The notes below the pieces were generated by a model, which saw only the letters and a list, made by a program, of their open reading frames with translations, had not been told where the DNA came from and made no database searches. Made by a program: the position numbers and the translations under genes. DNA of 64,000 bases from Saprolegnia diclina VS20 (Eukaryota): NCBI RefSeq assembly GCF_000281045.1, contig NW_008246136.1:71448-135447 (forward strand), in the 5' to 3' direction. Below, piece after piece: positions 35,710 to 47,759 of the stretch. Every line of letters starts with the position of its first letter. The stretch's first letter is position 1.

Positions 35710-36447
35710 CTACATGACAAGGGGCAAGTAGCCATCGTCGACAAAGGATGCTTTTTTTGGTGCACGCTGTTGTTGCACCATGACCGCCGCGACGACGACG
35801 GTGCCGACGACGCCGATGGCCACGTATGCAGCCGAGACCATTGACGCGCCACTCTCTTCGTACACGGGCGTCGTTTTGCCGGCAGCGAGCACGACGCTGC
35901 TCGTATCACACGTTCCGGTCGTACCCGTGCAATAGTAGCTCGGCGTGTTGGAGTAGCCGCCGCCTGCTTGGCATAGCGTCCCTTTGGGCTTGTAGTTGTC
36001 TTTGCATCGACCAGCGCCATCGCACGTGTCGGGCGCGTCACAGAGACCTCCGTTGCAGCTGCCCGTGCACGATGTGCCGGCCATCGACGGCGTGGCCGCA
36101 GGGCATGTTCCGCAGATGCCGTCGCATTTGGCGTTCTCAAAGCACGAGCCGCCGGTCGCACACACGGTGCCAGCGCCTTTGACGGCGTCGACGCACTCGC
36201 CTTTGGCGTTGCAGTAGTCATTGGCGTCGTCGTCGCAGGGCTTCTTGTTGGAGCAGCTCTGGCTTGGACAGAGGGTTTTGGCAGCGAGCTGGGTGTAGAG
36301 GCAGACACCGCCCGTGCAGCCGCTCACCGTGTGGCATGGCACGGTCGGACACGCCGCGGCTGTTGTGCATGCGATGGCATCTGAGAGCGCGGTCGCGGTC
36401 GCGATCGCGGCCAAGACAAGGAAGATTGCGCGAAGCATGCAATGCAT
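35710..36447 (-). CDS. Disintegrin-like Cys-rich type I membrane protein, copy 3 (short)
   Basis: Signal peptide; shared block CPSQSCSN...CDDDANDYCN.KGEC; TM YVAIGVVGTVVVAAVMV; tail DDGYLPLVM. Start at 36447 or 36438. Confidence 0.85.
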   Translation of the reverse strand: MHCMLRAIFLVLAAIATATALSDAIACTTAAACPTVPCHTVSGCTGGVCLYTQLAAKTLCPSQSCSNKKPCDDDANDYCNAKGECVDAVKGAGTVCATGGSCFENAKCDGICGTCPAATPSMAGTSCTGSCNGGLCDAPDTCDGAGRCKDNYKPKGTLCQAGGGYSNTPSYYCTGTTGTCDTSSVVLAAGKTTPVYEESGASMVSAAYVAIGVVGTVVVAAVMVQQQRAPKKASFVDDGYLPLVM

Positions 36448-37265
36448 CGTTGATCGAATCCGAGTGTGACCGTTGACCACCGGTGCAACGGACGGTGGGC
36501 GGTTGGCGGTTTCATCGAGTCGGTTGTCAAACCAACGACGCACTGGAAATAAGAAATGAATCGCTCCTGCGCGTGTGCAGTGTATTATCATCCTAGTGTA
36601 TGCTGCTAGCGACGGAGACGAGAACAGTGACTTTAGGTGCGACCACGTAAAGGCGTGCAAAGGAGTCGACGAACTTGAAAACTTCAAAGCTAATTTCGCG
36701 ATAGATTTTTTTCGAGAATTTCGAAGTTCCAGTGTTGCGATCTTACATACAGCAGCGCAAACCGCGACGATTCGCCACCGACAGGTTAACAGCGTAAATT
36801 CACAGTTTTGGCTCTCGTCGTCGATAATAATTGCACAATTGCTGCCATATTTTGTGTTGCCTCGGGCGTACTACAGTAGTACCGGGTAAGTATCAACCTG
36901 CTTTCCCCACGTTGCCCTATTAGCTACCTCCCTTGACAACTGCGGCATCTCGACCATGATGCGTCATGGACACGAGCACCACTGCCACGGTGTGAGCATG
37001 CAACCATGCCAACTTCGTTTCGACTATAGTTCGACTATATTTGACCACAGTTCGACTACATTTGGACTAAGACAATCGAGTGCTACAAAAGACCGCACGG
37101 CGTTAATTTCTCAAATTTGCTTGCAGTTTGTATACAATCCCACGATCGAACTTCAACGTTGCCCCAAGAATTCAAATACAGTCTTATCGGTCGCTTTTCA
37201 ACGCGAAACAAGATATTTTATTTGTCGGGTCTCGGCTGACTTCGATTTTCGCACAATTTGTGCCG

Positions 37266-37990
37266 ATGGGACCGACGACCGACGTCGAAGAGGGCCGCCA
37301 ATTCCTCGACGAGAGCCGACGCGCCAGCGATCATGACGAGAACGACGACAAGCAAGCGTCGCCGGCCGAGCGGCCCTCGTCCTCGCTGCCGTTTTGCTAT
37401 GTCGAGCGAGCCTTCCACCGCGGCGATTCTCTCGTGCTGCGGTCGCGGTCGCTCGTTTGTGGCATGGGCCCGCGCTGGTGCTCTGTGGGCCCGCACTGGC
37501 CGCTGCTCTTTGTAACGTTTGGGCTCCTCAGCGTCTTTGCGCTCTTCACTGTCCATGTCGTGTGGAGCAACGACCAAGTGTCGTCGTCCGAGGCGTGGGG
37601 CGGCCTCTGCCTCTGCCTCGGGTCGCTCCTCGCGTATGCGCTCACGGCGTGCACGGATCCTGGTGTCGTGCCCATTTCGCTCGAGCCGCAGCACCCGAGC
37701 GATACGTACTGCGACTACTGTGCGTCGTACCGTCCAGCGAGGTAGTTCATGTGCATGCAGTGATCGAGGTGCTTACACGTGCTTGGTGTAGCGCGAGCCA
37801 CTGCTCGGACTGCAAGGTGTGCGTCCTCGAGTACGACCACCACTGTCCGTGGACCGGCAAGTGCATTGGGAAGCGCAACCTGACGTACTTTTACCTCTGG
37901 CTCTTCTCGCTCGTCTTCTCGTTCGTGTACGAGATGATCCAGCTCACGACGTATTTATTGCCACCGCCAGTGCCTCACCACACGCCGTAG
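37266..37990 (+). CDS. DHHC palmitoyltransferase (one intron)
   Basis: [54 protein letters not shown] helices. Confidence 0.93.
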
Positions 37991-38370
37991 TAACCTGTAG
38001 ATACCGCAATGCTAGTACAGACGTGGTTGACTCGCCGCTTTCGACTCTGGCAAATGCGAGACCGACTGAACTTCAGTCGCAACCAAGATACCTTCAGTCT
38101 GAAGGTCCCGCTGCACTGCAGATGTCGACGTAGATTCAAGTAGAGATGGCTGGTACGATGACACGCTGCTTTTGGCCTTTGGCTTTTGGCTGATGCTGCA
38201 TTGAGCTCTGCGAAATCGGCCTTTCTCTTTTCTCACGTATCCCACGTTATTCACCGTGTGATTTGCGACGGTGTATTCCACACATTGTGAAAACTGCAGC
38301 GTGTGAAAAACATGTGGGAAAACGTGGGAAATAAGCGTTTCGGGCTTGCCTTTATTGGACGACAACTAGC

Positions 38371-40428
38371 ATGCGAGCAGGAGCACTGCGGTGGCGGCAA
38401 TGGCGGCCGCAGCTCGCGCGCCGGCTTTCGCAGCAGGCGGCGCCGACGCTGTCGCTGACGCCGGCCGAGACGAAGCTCTTCCAGGTGCTGCAGTTTATCA
38501 AGGACACGTCGGCGCCCGAGGTCACGCTGCGCGTCGCCGGCGGCTGGGTGCGCGACAAGCTCCTTGGCCTGCCCAGCGACGACATTGACATTGCGCTCGA
38601 CGTTGGCACGGGCGAGGCCTTTGCGCAGGTACTACATAACAGAGCTCTCTCGCACGATAGAATGTCGTCTCGTCCTAGCACATTTTGGCCTTCCAGAACG
38701 CGAGCGGCGTGTCGCCCAAGGGCTTTTACATTGTGAAGAAGAACACGGACGCGAGCAAGCACCTCGCTTGCGCGACCGTCAAGCTGCTCGGCCACGACCT
38801 CGACTTTGTGCACTTGCGCTCCGAGACGTATGCTGACCCGACGTCGCGCATCCCGATCTTGTCCGGTACGCTCCATTTGACAAGTCCATGCGTTCGATGG
38901 CGGTAGACACACCCGCGACGCCGACCGAGGATGCATTGCGGCGTGACATCACCATCAACGCGCTCTTCTTCAACCTCTCGACCATGGCCATCGAAGACTG
39001 CACGGGCGAGGTATTATTATCCCGTGCTTCTCTCGCATTATATTCCACACGGGGTAGGGCCTCGCGGATCTTGCCGCCAAGCGCGTGCGCACGCCGCTGC
39101 CGCCCCTCGAGACCTTCCTCGACGACCCGCTCCGTGTCCTCCGCGCGATTCGTTTTGCGTGTCATTACCACTTCTCCCTCGACGACGCGCTTCTGGAGGT
39201 ATGGCATCCTCCACGTCGTGGCGCCTCTGACATCGCCGAAGGCCGCCAAGGACGCGCGGGTGCAAGACGCACTCGGGCACAAAGTGAGCCGTGAGCGTAT
39301 TGGCATCGAGGTCCGTCGTTGGGAGACTAAGATTTTCGTATGATGTGGCGAGTGCTTTAGGTCCGCAAGATGCTCGCGGGCAGTGACCCGGGCCGGGCGA
39401 TGCGCGTGCTCACCGACTTGGCCTTGTGGCCGCTCCTCTTGCCGCGCCTCACGTGCGTGCCGTCCTCAGCGCACATGCTCGACTCGGTCGGCTTTGTGCA
39501 GCAGCACGTTGCGCCGACCTCGGCGACCCTTGCGGTGCGCGGGATGCTTTGGCAGGGTGGTACCGACACGATAAGTATGGTAGAACAAGGCGCAGTACGA
39601 CCCGACGCACCTTCTCGCGTCGGCCTTGGTGCACTGCGTCGAACTCCCGGCGACATCGACGCTGTTGGGCGATGCGCTCGCGACGCTTCTGACCGAGCCG
39701 AGGTACACGACGTTTGATGTCCCAGTAGTGATGGATGGGGCGTAGCGAGGTGCCACTGACCGACCTCGTCAATGCGAGCTTTGAGTTTCTGAGTCAACCA
39801 ATGTGGCGTGATCAAAAGCTCTTTATGGACGCGATCAAGGACGACCTCAAGTGGTCCAAGGCCGAGGCCAAGGCGATCGCAGACGTGATCGACGCTGCGC
39901 AGAGCTTTGTGCAAGGTCCGTCGGTAGAGCTACTCGATCCATAGCCCATGGTCTTGTAGTAGCAGCGGCGCATGCGCATTCGCCGACAGCGCACTACGTG
40001 CAGCTTGTGCTCTGGCGCCGCGCGCACGGTGCAGTGTTCGAGAAGGTGTTGCCTGTTCTGTGGCACTTGGCCCACGGCGACCGGCCTGACGTACGTTCGC
40101 AGTACCTTCGTGCACGCAACCTGACCCGTGTGTAGGCTAAGGAAGCGTTGGCAGCGTTCCAAGCTGCCTTTGCCACACGCCGCTTGAGCCACATCGCAGG
40201 CGCAATGCGCAATCGGCTGCCGACGCCGCATCTCCAGCGCCTCCTGCAGGTACTGCGATACGATGGCTACATCGTCTCATGACGGAATAGAAAAAGGCCA
40301 AGAAGCTCTCGGAGCTCATTGAGGTCGTCGCTGTCTACGAAGCGTTGTACCCGGACGCGTCGATTGAGGACGAAGAACTCTTTGTACAATCCGTGCTCGA
40401 GCCTGCGCACACGGCGCGCACGGGATAG
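38371..40428 (+). CDS. CCA1: CCA tRNA nucleotidyltransferase (class II), probable mitochondrial presequence, multi-exon
   Basis: LRVAGGWVRDKLLGLPSDDIDIALD, LDFVHLRSETY, EDALRRDITINALFFN, TFLDDPLRVLRAIRFA, KVSRERIGIE; Arg-rich, acid-free N-terminus. Confidence 0.9.
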
Positions 40429-41652
40429 AATCATCGTGTAAGAAGGTCACGGTTGTCGCGTTGGCTCGACATAGACATGGTCCTTGTCCTGGAGAACTTC
40501 GCAAATGACGTCGTTAGCCTGGAAGGGTACCCCTGCGCTGGATGTGATCTTGGCCGGCTTGCCTAGCACCCGCTGCATAAGCCATTCTGCCAGAGATCAT
40601 GTCTGCCTATGTACCGAGCTGTAGCCAACCCTGGAGATGCTCCTCGTCGTAACGCGCAATGCCCACGTGGCCGAGCCATTGCATGCGCTGGCTGCCCGTG
40701 CCACAGGAGACGACGATGGTCTTGTCGAGGACATGCACCTGCGCTGCATGGTCCTCTACGTCGTCTCGCATGCGACGCCTACCATGATCTTCATGTTGTC
40801 CTCGCGCGGACCGGCCTTGGCTTTGTCCATGGACGCGTGGAGGCGTTTTAGCGTTAAAGAGGGTTATTCGTATGAAACCGAGCGGTTTTTCAGAAGGTGA
40901 CCATGATACAAAACGAGTAGAACGTATAGGGTCTCTCCATGTGCTCTCGGTGGTGACAATAGCATGCAGCTGGTGCCGGTTGGCAAACTAAGAGCTTATT
41001 GTCGTGGTCATGTAAGCCCGTGTCCCACTGTAGCACGTCCTTTCGATATCGCAAGGGAAGCGAGGAAGCCAGGTACATTCTCCCCGAAGCGTGGGGCTGC
41101 TGCCGCATTTGAGTTCTATACCACCGCTAGAAAGGCCTGGTGCCGAGCAGGGTTGCGACGAGGCTCGAGACGATAGACCGCCGTACAGTACTACTTCGCT
41201 AGTGATGCTTTTGCTGTCGCTGGTTGCGTCGGCCATACGCGTTTTGGGTCAGCACCGTGGCATGTGGTGCTGCTAACGTCAAGGTCGAAAAAACGCGTTT
41301 GACGTCACGTTAAAGTCATTAGCGTTGGAACGAGGTTTTCATTATACAAACCGCGCTATTCATTCCGGGGGGGTATTACTGGCTGCAGTCATTTGGTCCG
41401 AATTTCGTGGCCACATACAAAGTGCAAGATAACGAGTGCACAAAGCCAAGGCCAAATCCGAATTTCGGGCTTCGCGCCTTTTGAAATTCGGCTTCGCGCG
41501 CGACAGGGCGGTTTTAATTGCATACAAAATCTCAAAGGAGATAAAAATTGCGAATAAAATGCCGAGGCTCCTGGGGGTACCCCCAAGTACCTTGAACTTT
41601 GTATGGTGGGGAGGACCCATTTTAGAATCGTCGAGCAGCAGCGCAGGTCGCC

Positions 41653-43470
41653 ATGTCGTCGTCGTCCCTAGCATCGAAGCGTGAGAGCTTCTCCCCCATG
41701 AAGTCCAAGCGTCTGGACGAGAAGACCACGCTCCAGGTACATGCGCCCGAGGAAGACCCGCGGCTCATGGAGCGCTTCCTAGGCCCTTAACAACCGACTC
41801 GAGATGTACGTGCTCCGCGTCAAGGAGGTCGAAGACTCGAAGGAGATCGCCGAGAAGGAGCTCGAGTCCATCCGCGATCGCATGCAGCTCGACCTGACCA
41901 TGACCAAGACGCGTCTCTCCAAGGAGCTGGAGGAAGTCCGCAAAAAGTACGAGGAAGAGCGCGAGGCCAAGATCCGCGTCCAGAACCTCGAGAAAGAGCA
42001 GTACAACGAGCTCGTCCAGCTCCGCGAGCAGGTCAAGGAGCTCAACAACACCAAGACGTACCTCGAGACGGTCCAGAGCGATCTCGCCAAGGAGAAAGAG
42101 AGCTGCAAGGCTGCCAAGGAAGCCCTCGCGAGCAACGCGACGGCGCTCCAGAGCGAGCGCCGCAAGCTCAGCGATATGGAGAAGGAGTACCGCAAAACGC
42201 TGGCGAGGTATGCATACTGCATCCGTGTACGACCAAAAAGCTTATGAGTATATAGCTTGCACGATGCCACGTCGGAGCTCGAGCAGTTGAAGCAGAAGAC
42301 ATCCGAGTTCTCAATGACCCGCGACTCAGAGATGACTGCTCTCCGCAAGGAAATGAACGCCAAGCACTCGGAAGCGCTTGCCGCATGGCGCCGGGAGTCG
42401 GAAGAGCGCCAGCAGGTGGTCGAAAACGAAGTGCGCAGCCACTTTGAAGGTGTCGTCGAAGGTCTGCGCTCGCAGCTCGAAGAAGCGACCAAGGAAACCA
42501 CTGCTTTGCGTACCGACTATGAACGCACGGCTAACGATTACGATGAGAGCCTCAAGCTTCGCCAGTCGCTCACGGAGAAGCTCGCCGTCGTCGAGTCGCA
42601 GTACCGCGCCGACCGCAAGAAGTTCCAGGTATGTTGACAGGACCTTGTCTTTTCTATGGGTACGAAATGCTGCGTGTAGGAGGACCGCCGTGTGTACGAA
42701 TCCAACATTGAAGCCGCTCGCAAGGCGCGCAAGGAGAAGGACTTGGAGTTCAACGACCTCATGGACATCAAGATCGCCCTTGACGCTGGTACCGTTTTCC
42801 TACTCTCCATATGCCAATATGCTCACATTTTGATCTAGAAATCTCGGCGTACCGCAGCATCCTGGACCGCGAAGAGACGCGTTTCGGTGTTGAGCCTAAG
42901 GCGTCGACCCAAAAGAAGCGCAAGTCGACGCCGCAGTCGTCGCGCGCGCAGAAGCGGCGAAAGACCCACGCGTCGGGCGATTTCCGTATCCGCCAGCTCA
43001 ACCTCGACGAGGGCCGTATCATCCTCGAAAACACGGGCGCGACCCCGCTTCCCCTCAACGGCTGGCAAATCACGAGCAAGTCGAGCAACCACGTAGGATT
43101 ACCATGCACTTGCGACGCTTGTGTCTCACAATTACATGCTGGTCTAGGTGTTCTCGTTCCCGGATGACTACGTGATTCAGCCGGGTGGCAAGGTCTCGGT
43201 CCTGTCGGGCAAGAACCCGACGGTCCCGGAAGGCGAGCAAGATCTGATGGACTTTTACGCCGTCAAGAAGGCCATCTGGAACCCCAAGGGCGATGTCGCT
43301 CTTGTCAAGAACGCCGAAGGCGAAGTCGTCTGCTCGCATGCCGAGGGCCTCAATGAAGACGAGTACGACGACGAGCAGGAGAAGGAAGGCAACAACGAAG
43401 GCGTACGTGCTTCTCGGCAGTTCTACTCGTGTGCTCATGGTGTGTGAATGTGTAGTGCGGCATTATGTAA
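41653..43470 (+). CDS. Nuclear lamin (IF rod + NLS + lamin tail domain + CaaX)
   Basis: Head CDK-type site FSPMKSKR; coil 1A LQALNNRLEMYVLRVKEVE; coil 2 end LMDIKIALDAEISAYRSILDREETR; basic NLS KKRK...KRRK; tail domain IILENTGATPLPLNGWQI...FSFPDDYVIQPGGKVSV...WNPKGDVALVKNAEGEVV; last exon 43456-43470 encodes CGIM*. Confidence 0.93.
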
Positions 43471-43720
43471 AGCCCGCGCCTGCGACCTGTCTGTCTTGTG
43501 GTCGGGTCCCTCGGAGCCTCTTGGTAGTTGAATTATGTACACATCTAAATTACGTCCGGCGCTGGTCGTATATACACATCAATGCAGTTCTAGTAGCATG
43601 CCCTTTGTCTTGCATTTTTCGCCAGCTATGCGACGTGGCGTCGCATCTGCTCGGCGTATCCGAACGATGATGTCGAGTATCCGGCGGTATAGGTCGCGCT
43701 GCACTTGCCGATTTTGCAGG

Positions 43721-45036
43721 ATGCACCTCGAGGCGCTCCCGACTGCGATCTGCCTCGTCGGGTACGAGCACTGCATCCACGTGACCTCCACCGAAGCCAC
43801 ATGCGCGACCATGTACCTGCTCGCGCTCGCGTGGATCGTGACCACGTCGATCCACCGGTCGCGCAACCTCCTCGAGCATGGTAGCCGGCTCATGATTCCC
43901 TCCGCGGGGTTCTTACTTCATGGCAGGCCATGCGACGCCGCTCCTGCCCGTGCGCCGCCTCCGCTGGTTCCCGACGCTCCTCACAGGTACTTCCTTCAAA
44001 GGAATGGAGACGATATGCCATGGAAAGGCGCGTTTGCGTGTCGGGCGGCGTGGTTCATCCTCCTCGACGTGCATGCGTTCGAAGCCAAGAACGTCAACGG
44101 GACGTTCGAGCACACGTACGTGTACAACCCGGTACGAAGGCCGTCCTTTCGTGGCTCATCGTTGCTAGTTTTTCGGTATGGACATGGACCTCTTCCCGCT
44201 GGGCGTCGCGCTCTGGGAGCACGTTGCGACGCTCTTGTACGTCTCGGCGTTCACGATTCTCTTGCGGTTCTGGGACGACATGCGCAACGTCACCGCCACG
44301 TCCGTGCGCCGTGCGCCTATACCTCTCCTATGTTGCATCTGATCGATGCGTGCAGAGGAAAGTCGGTGGATAGCACCGCGTCGATCGAGCAAGAGCTACG
44401 TGGTTGTCATCAACGTGTGGATGTATCTCGTCGAAGCCATCCTCTTCTTGGCCGAGGTACCTCCCGCTTCGATTCCGGCATCTCAAGACAATAAACAGAC
44501 GCTGCTGCCGATGGCCAAGACGAATCTCCTCAACAGCTCGCGCGACGTGATCGAATCGCTCTTCTACTTTGCACTCGCGTGTCTCTTGGTACGCATCCGG
44601 CTGCCTCTGTTGCCAACTAGGGCTTGGTAGGTCCGTGGCGCGTACCGACTCAAGGTCGACTTGCAGTCGTTTGAGCTCTCGCCGCTAGCGCAGTCGCTCG
44701 GCACCCGCGTGTGGTGGCTCGGTCTCACGTGCGGCGTCTCGTTCCTCTTCAAGAGCTTCACCGGCTTTTACGTCGTATCGTTTCCGCACCAAGCTGTGAA
44801 CCCCTGGTCTTGTCGCTCAGACATCAATTGCACTCACTCAGATCAATATTGCTAGGGTCTTGTACTCGCTGCCCGAGATCCTACCGGCTCTGATCGTTGT
44901 CGCCATGATGCGCGTACACAAGTACCTGCCCCGACGCGGCGAGTCGACGCCCCTTCTCCCGACAAAGCACAGCCCCGCGTTCCACGAAGAGCTCTTGACG
45001 TCGCCGCCCTTCAAGCAATCGGTCATGTGGCTCTAA
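43721..45036 (+). CDS. Multi-pass membrane protein, THH1/TOM1/TOM3 (DUF1084)-like, multi-exon
   Basis: Several hydrophobic exons: YLLALAWIV, FACRAAWFILL, LLYVSAFTILLRFW, VVVINVWMYLVEAILF, WWLGLTCGVSFLFK, YSLPEILPALIVVAMMR; tail ESTPLL. The family call is by pattern only. Confidence 0.55.
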
Positions 45037-45124
45037 GAAATGCAAAGATCTTGCCTTTGCCGATCGAAGCTGTTGAGACACGCTTGTCACCAGCCCAACC
45101 GACGCCACCGAAACGGTCTCGGAG

Positions 45125-47759
45125 ATGAAGGGGCGCGGGAACACGCCGCGGTCGGCCATCAACGCATACGATGTGCGCTTGAAGCAGCTTTTCGTCGACT
45201 CCAAGCAAGCGACCAACCCTCTCTTTGGCAAGGAGCAGCGAGTGAAGGGCTGCTTGGCGCTCGCCGACGCGATGACCAACGACGTTGGCCTCTACGGACC
45301 GCTTTTGCGTACTGTCGATCAATCCCTCCTACACCTATTGAGGAGAGATCGGCGTGTAGGCGCGCTCCTCGTCGAGCTTCGCAGCGCCGTCTTTAGGTAC
45401 CGTTGGCCTCGCCTTTGATGGTACCGATAGCTGCTACGAGTAGCGATGAGGCGACAGCCAGGCACTTTGCGGACGCCGGGATGTTTGCCGACACGGGCAC
45501 CGCCGCCGAGATGCAGGCGCGCGCGTCGTTGCGTGAGATCCCGTGCTTTGTGCTGCTCGACCTTGCTTGCCGCGAGCGCACGCGCGTCCAGGTGGCCGAG
45601 GTACATTAGCAGCGTCATAGTCCTTTCGTACGTTTGGCTACCGCATGTAGAAAGAGGTGGCGACGAGCGAAGCCCGGCTGCTGCAGCAGAAGCGGTCGCT
45701 CTTTGAGCGCGAGCGCGAGTACCGGTGCCAGCTCGACGACACATTTGGCGAGCTCCTCGAGTACAAATGTATTGGCTCTCTGTCGTTCGTACTGGTGACC
45801 ACACTAATGGTGTAGCCCATGCGAGCAGCGTCCGGGAAGCGTACAAGAACCTCTCGGAAGAGTCGCGGCAGCACCAGCACGACATGAAAGCGACGCTCTT
45901 TGCGATGCAGCGGTCGACTGGATATAGCGATTGCATGAGTTGAATATACGGATGGAGTAGGGAGCTGCACGCCATGAGCACCGCGATAGCCGGGTACCAA
46001 GCCGAGATTCGCGACCTCCACGCGGTTCGTGAAAAGGCCGACGCGATGCGGCAGCAGTTTGATGCGATCGACGATACCACACAGCGTACGCTCCGTCGCT
46101 GATGAGCGACACTGAAATATAGTAAAAGGGAACCAGCACGAGACCATGGCGCCGGCCGTGCGCGATCTCGACCAAGCTCTCCGCACCGAGCTCCAGCTAC
46201 TGCTCTTGCGCAATGCACGCATCGCCGAGTACGACCACGCCGTGCGCTTTTGCAACGACGAGACGCAGCGCGTGTTGGTTGTTCCTAGCCTTTTCGCCAG
46301 TGACGACTTACGTGTAGGCTCCGGCACGCGTTTCTTCACGACGTGCGTGGCATCCTAGACGAGCTAGCAGCCTTGGAAGCGTACCAAATCGACCGCGAGG
46401 TCGCGCTCATGCACAGTATGTAGACACATTGCGCAAGCCAGCAACAACCTCTCCGGGGTACACGAATGGCTTTGTCTCGAACGACCGACGACAACCAGCA
46501 TAGGAAGCTCATGCGCTCGATCCATCGCTCGCAGCCTTGCTCGTACCACCGCAGTTGGCCACCGACAGTGTGCTCTGGACGCCATACCTCGCCTGTGCCC
46601 AGAATGTACACCGATTCGCAAGTGGGAGGCTGAACGACGGTATAGCGCATCCCCAAACAAGCGCATCGGCTCAACGTCGGCGAACTCGAACGCTTCCTTG
46701 GCCTTGTCTGGGCGCGCATTGCGCAGGCCGAGCGCGCGTGCGACAAGCTCCTCGCCGAGTACGAGGTGCTTTTGCGCAAGTTGAAACCATGTTTGCATCC
46801 CGAGAGGTAGAACTCGCACAAGCGCACGGCGCTGTTGGCGATTGAAGCCGAGCCGACGCCGACACTGCCGCAAGTCGTCTTTGGCCTGCTCCTCGACCGG
46901 TACGGCGACGAGCGCGTCGCCATGTTGGCGTGCTTTGCGCTTCTGCAGGCCGTCGACCATTTTTCTCGTGCGCCACGCCGCTTGTGTTCATGCAGTAGAC
47001 AACGTCGTATTGTGTAGCCGAGAGTCCTCAGATCGAACTGTTTGGGTGCGCGTTTGCTGGTAGAACCCTCGGATTTGATGTCTACGGAACCCATGGATGT
47101 ATTGTCGTAGGCACCGTCGACCAGTCGGCGTGGTGGTACCTCATGCGGCTCCAGGCCCAGTGTGCCGCCGCCGAAGTCGAGATTACCGACGACAAGGCGC
47201 TCCGTCTCGTGGGCCAGCACCTCTTGCGCCTCGAAGCGTCGACGGCGATTCAGGTACGATCTGACAACATGTACATCGGACAATCGTGTGGAGTAGGACC
47301 ACGCGTACGACGGCTTTGTGGCCAACGTGCGCATGAACACCAAAGGTAACAAAATTGCTCGCTCTCTGCGTTACGACTGGGAAGGCGTAGGCGTTCTGAG
47401 CACGCGGAGCTTCTTTGACTGGCTCGCCAAGCGAATTAGCATGGCCGACGACTTCCACTTCAAGCGGGCGACAGTGCAGCTCGCTGGAAAGACCGACGCG
47501 GCGATGGTCGCCACCGCGGTGCTCGTCAACCACATTCTAGAGAGCGTCCGGCTCGCTCGCACCGTACGTTGTGTTCCCAAAGCGCGTTGTTCATGCTCCG
47601 TAGATGGTCGGGCGATTCGTGCGCTTCGCAGCGCTCGACACCGAGTGCCACGACACCGCAGTGACAGCCGACGTCCGCGAACCGCCGTCGGTGCATCTGG
47701 AGCGCGCCGTGTACATGTTGTCGTACGTGCAGCTAAAGTACTACCACGCGACCAGTTAG
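45125..47759 (+). CDS. Hypothetical coiled-coil protein, many short exons
   Basis: Chain of coding-like segments separated by about 50-nt GT-AG introns, e.g. EARLLQQKRSLFERERE, VREAYKNLSEESRQHQHDMK; last exon ends ...KYYHATS*. Confidence 0.55.

Noticed and set aside
40430..41300. Coding-like fragments between the CCA enzyme and lamin
   Set aside because: No coherent gene model or motif could be built.
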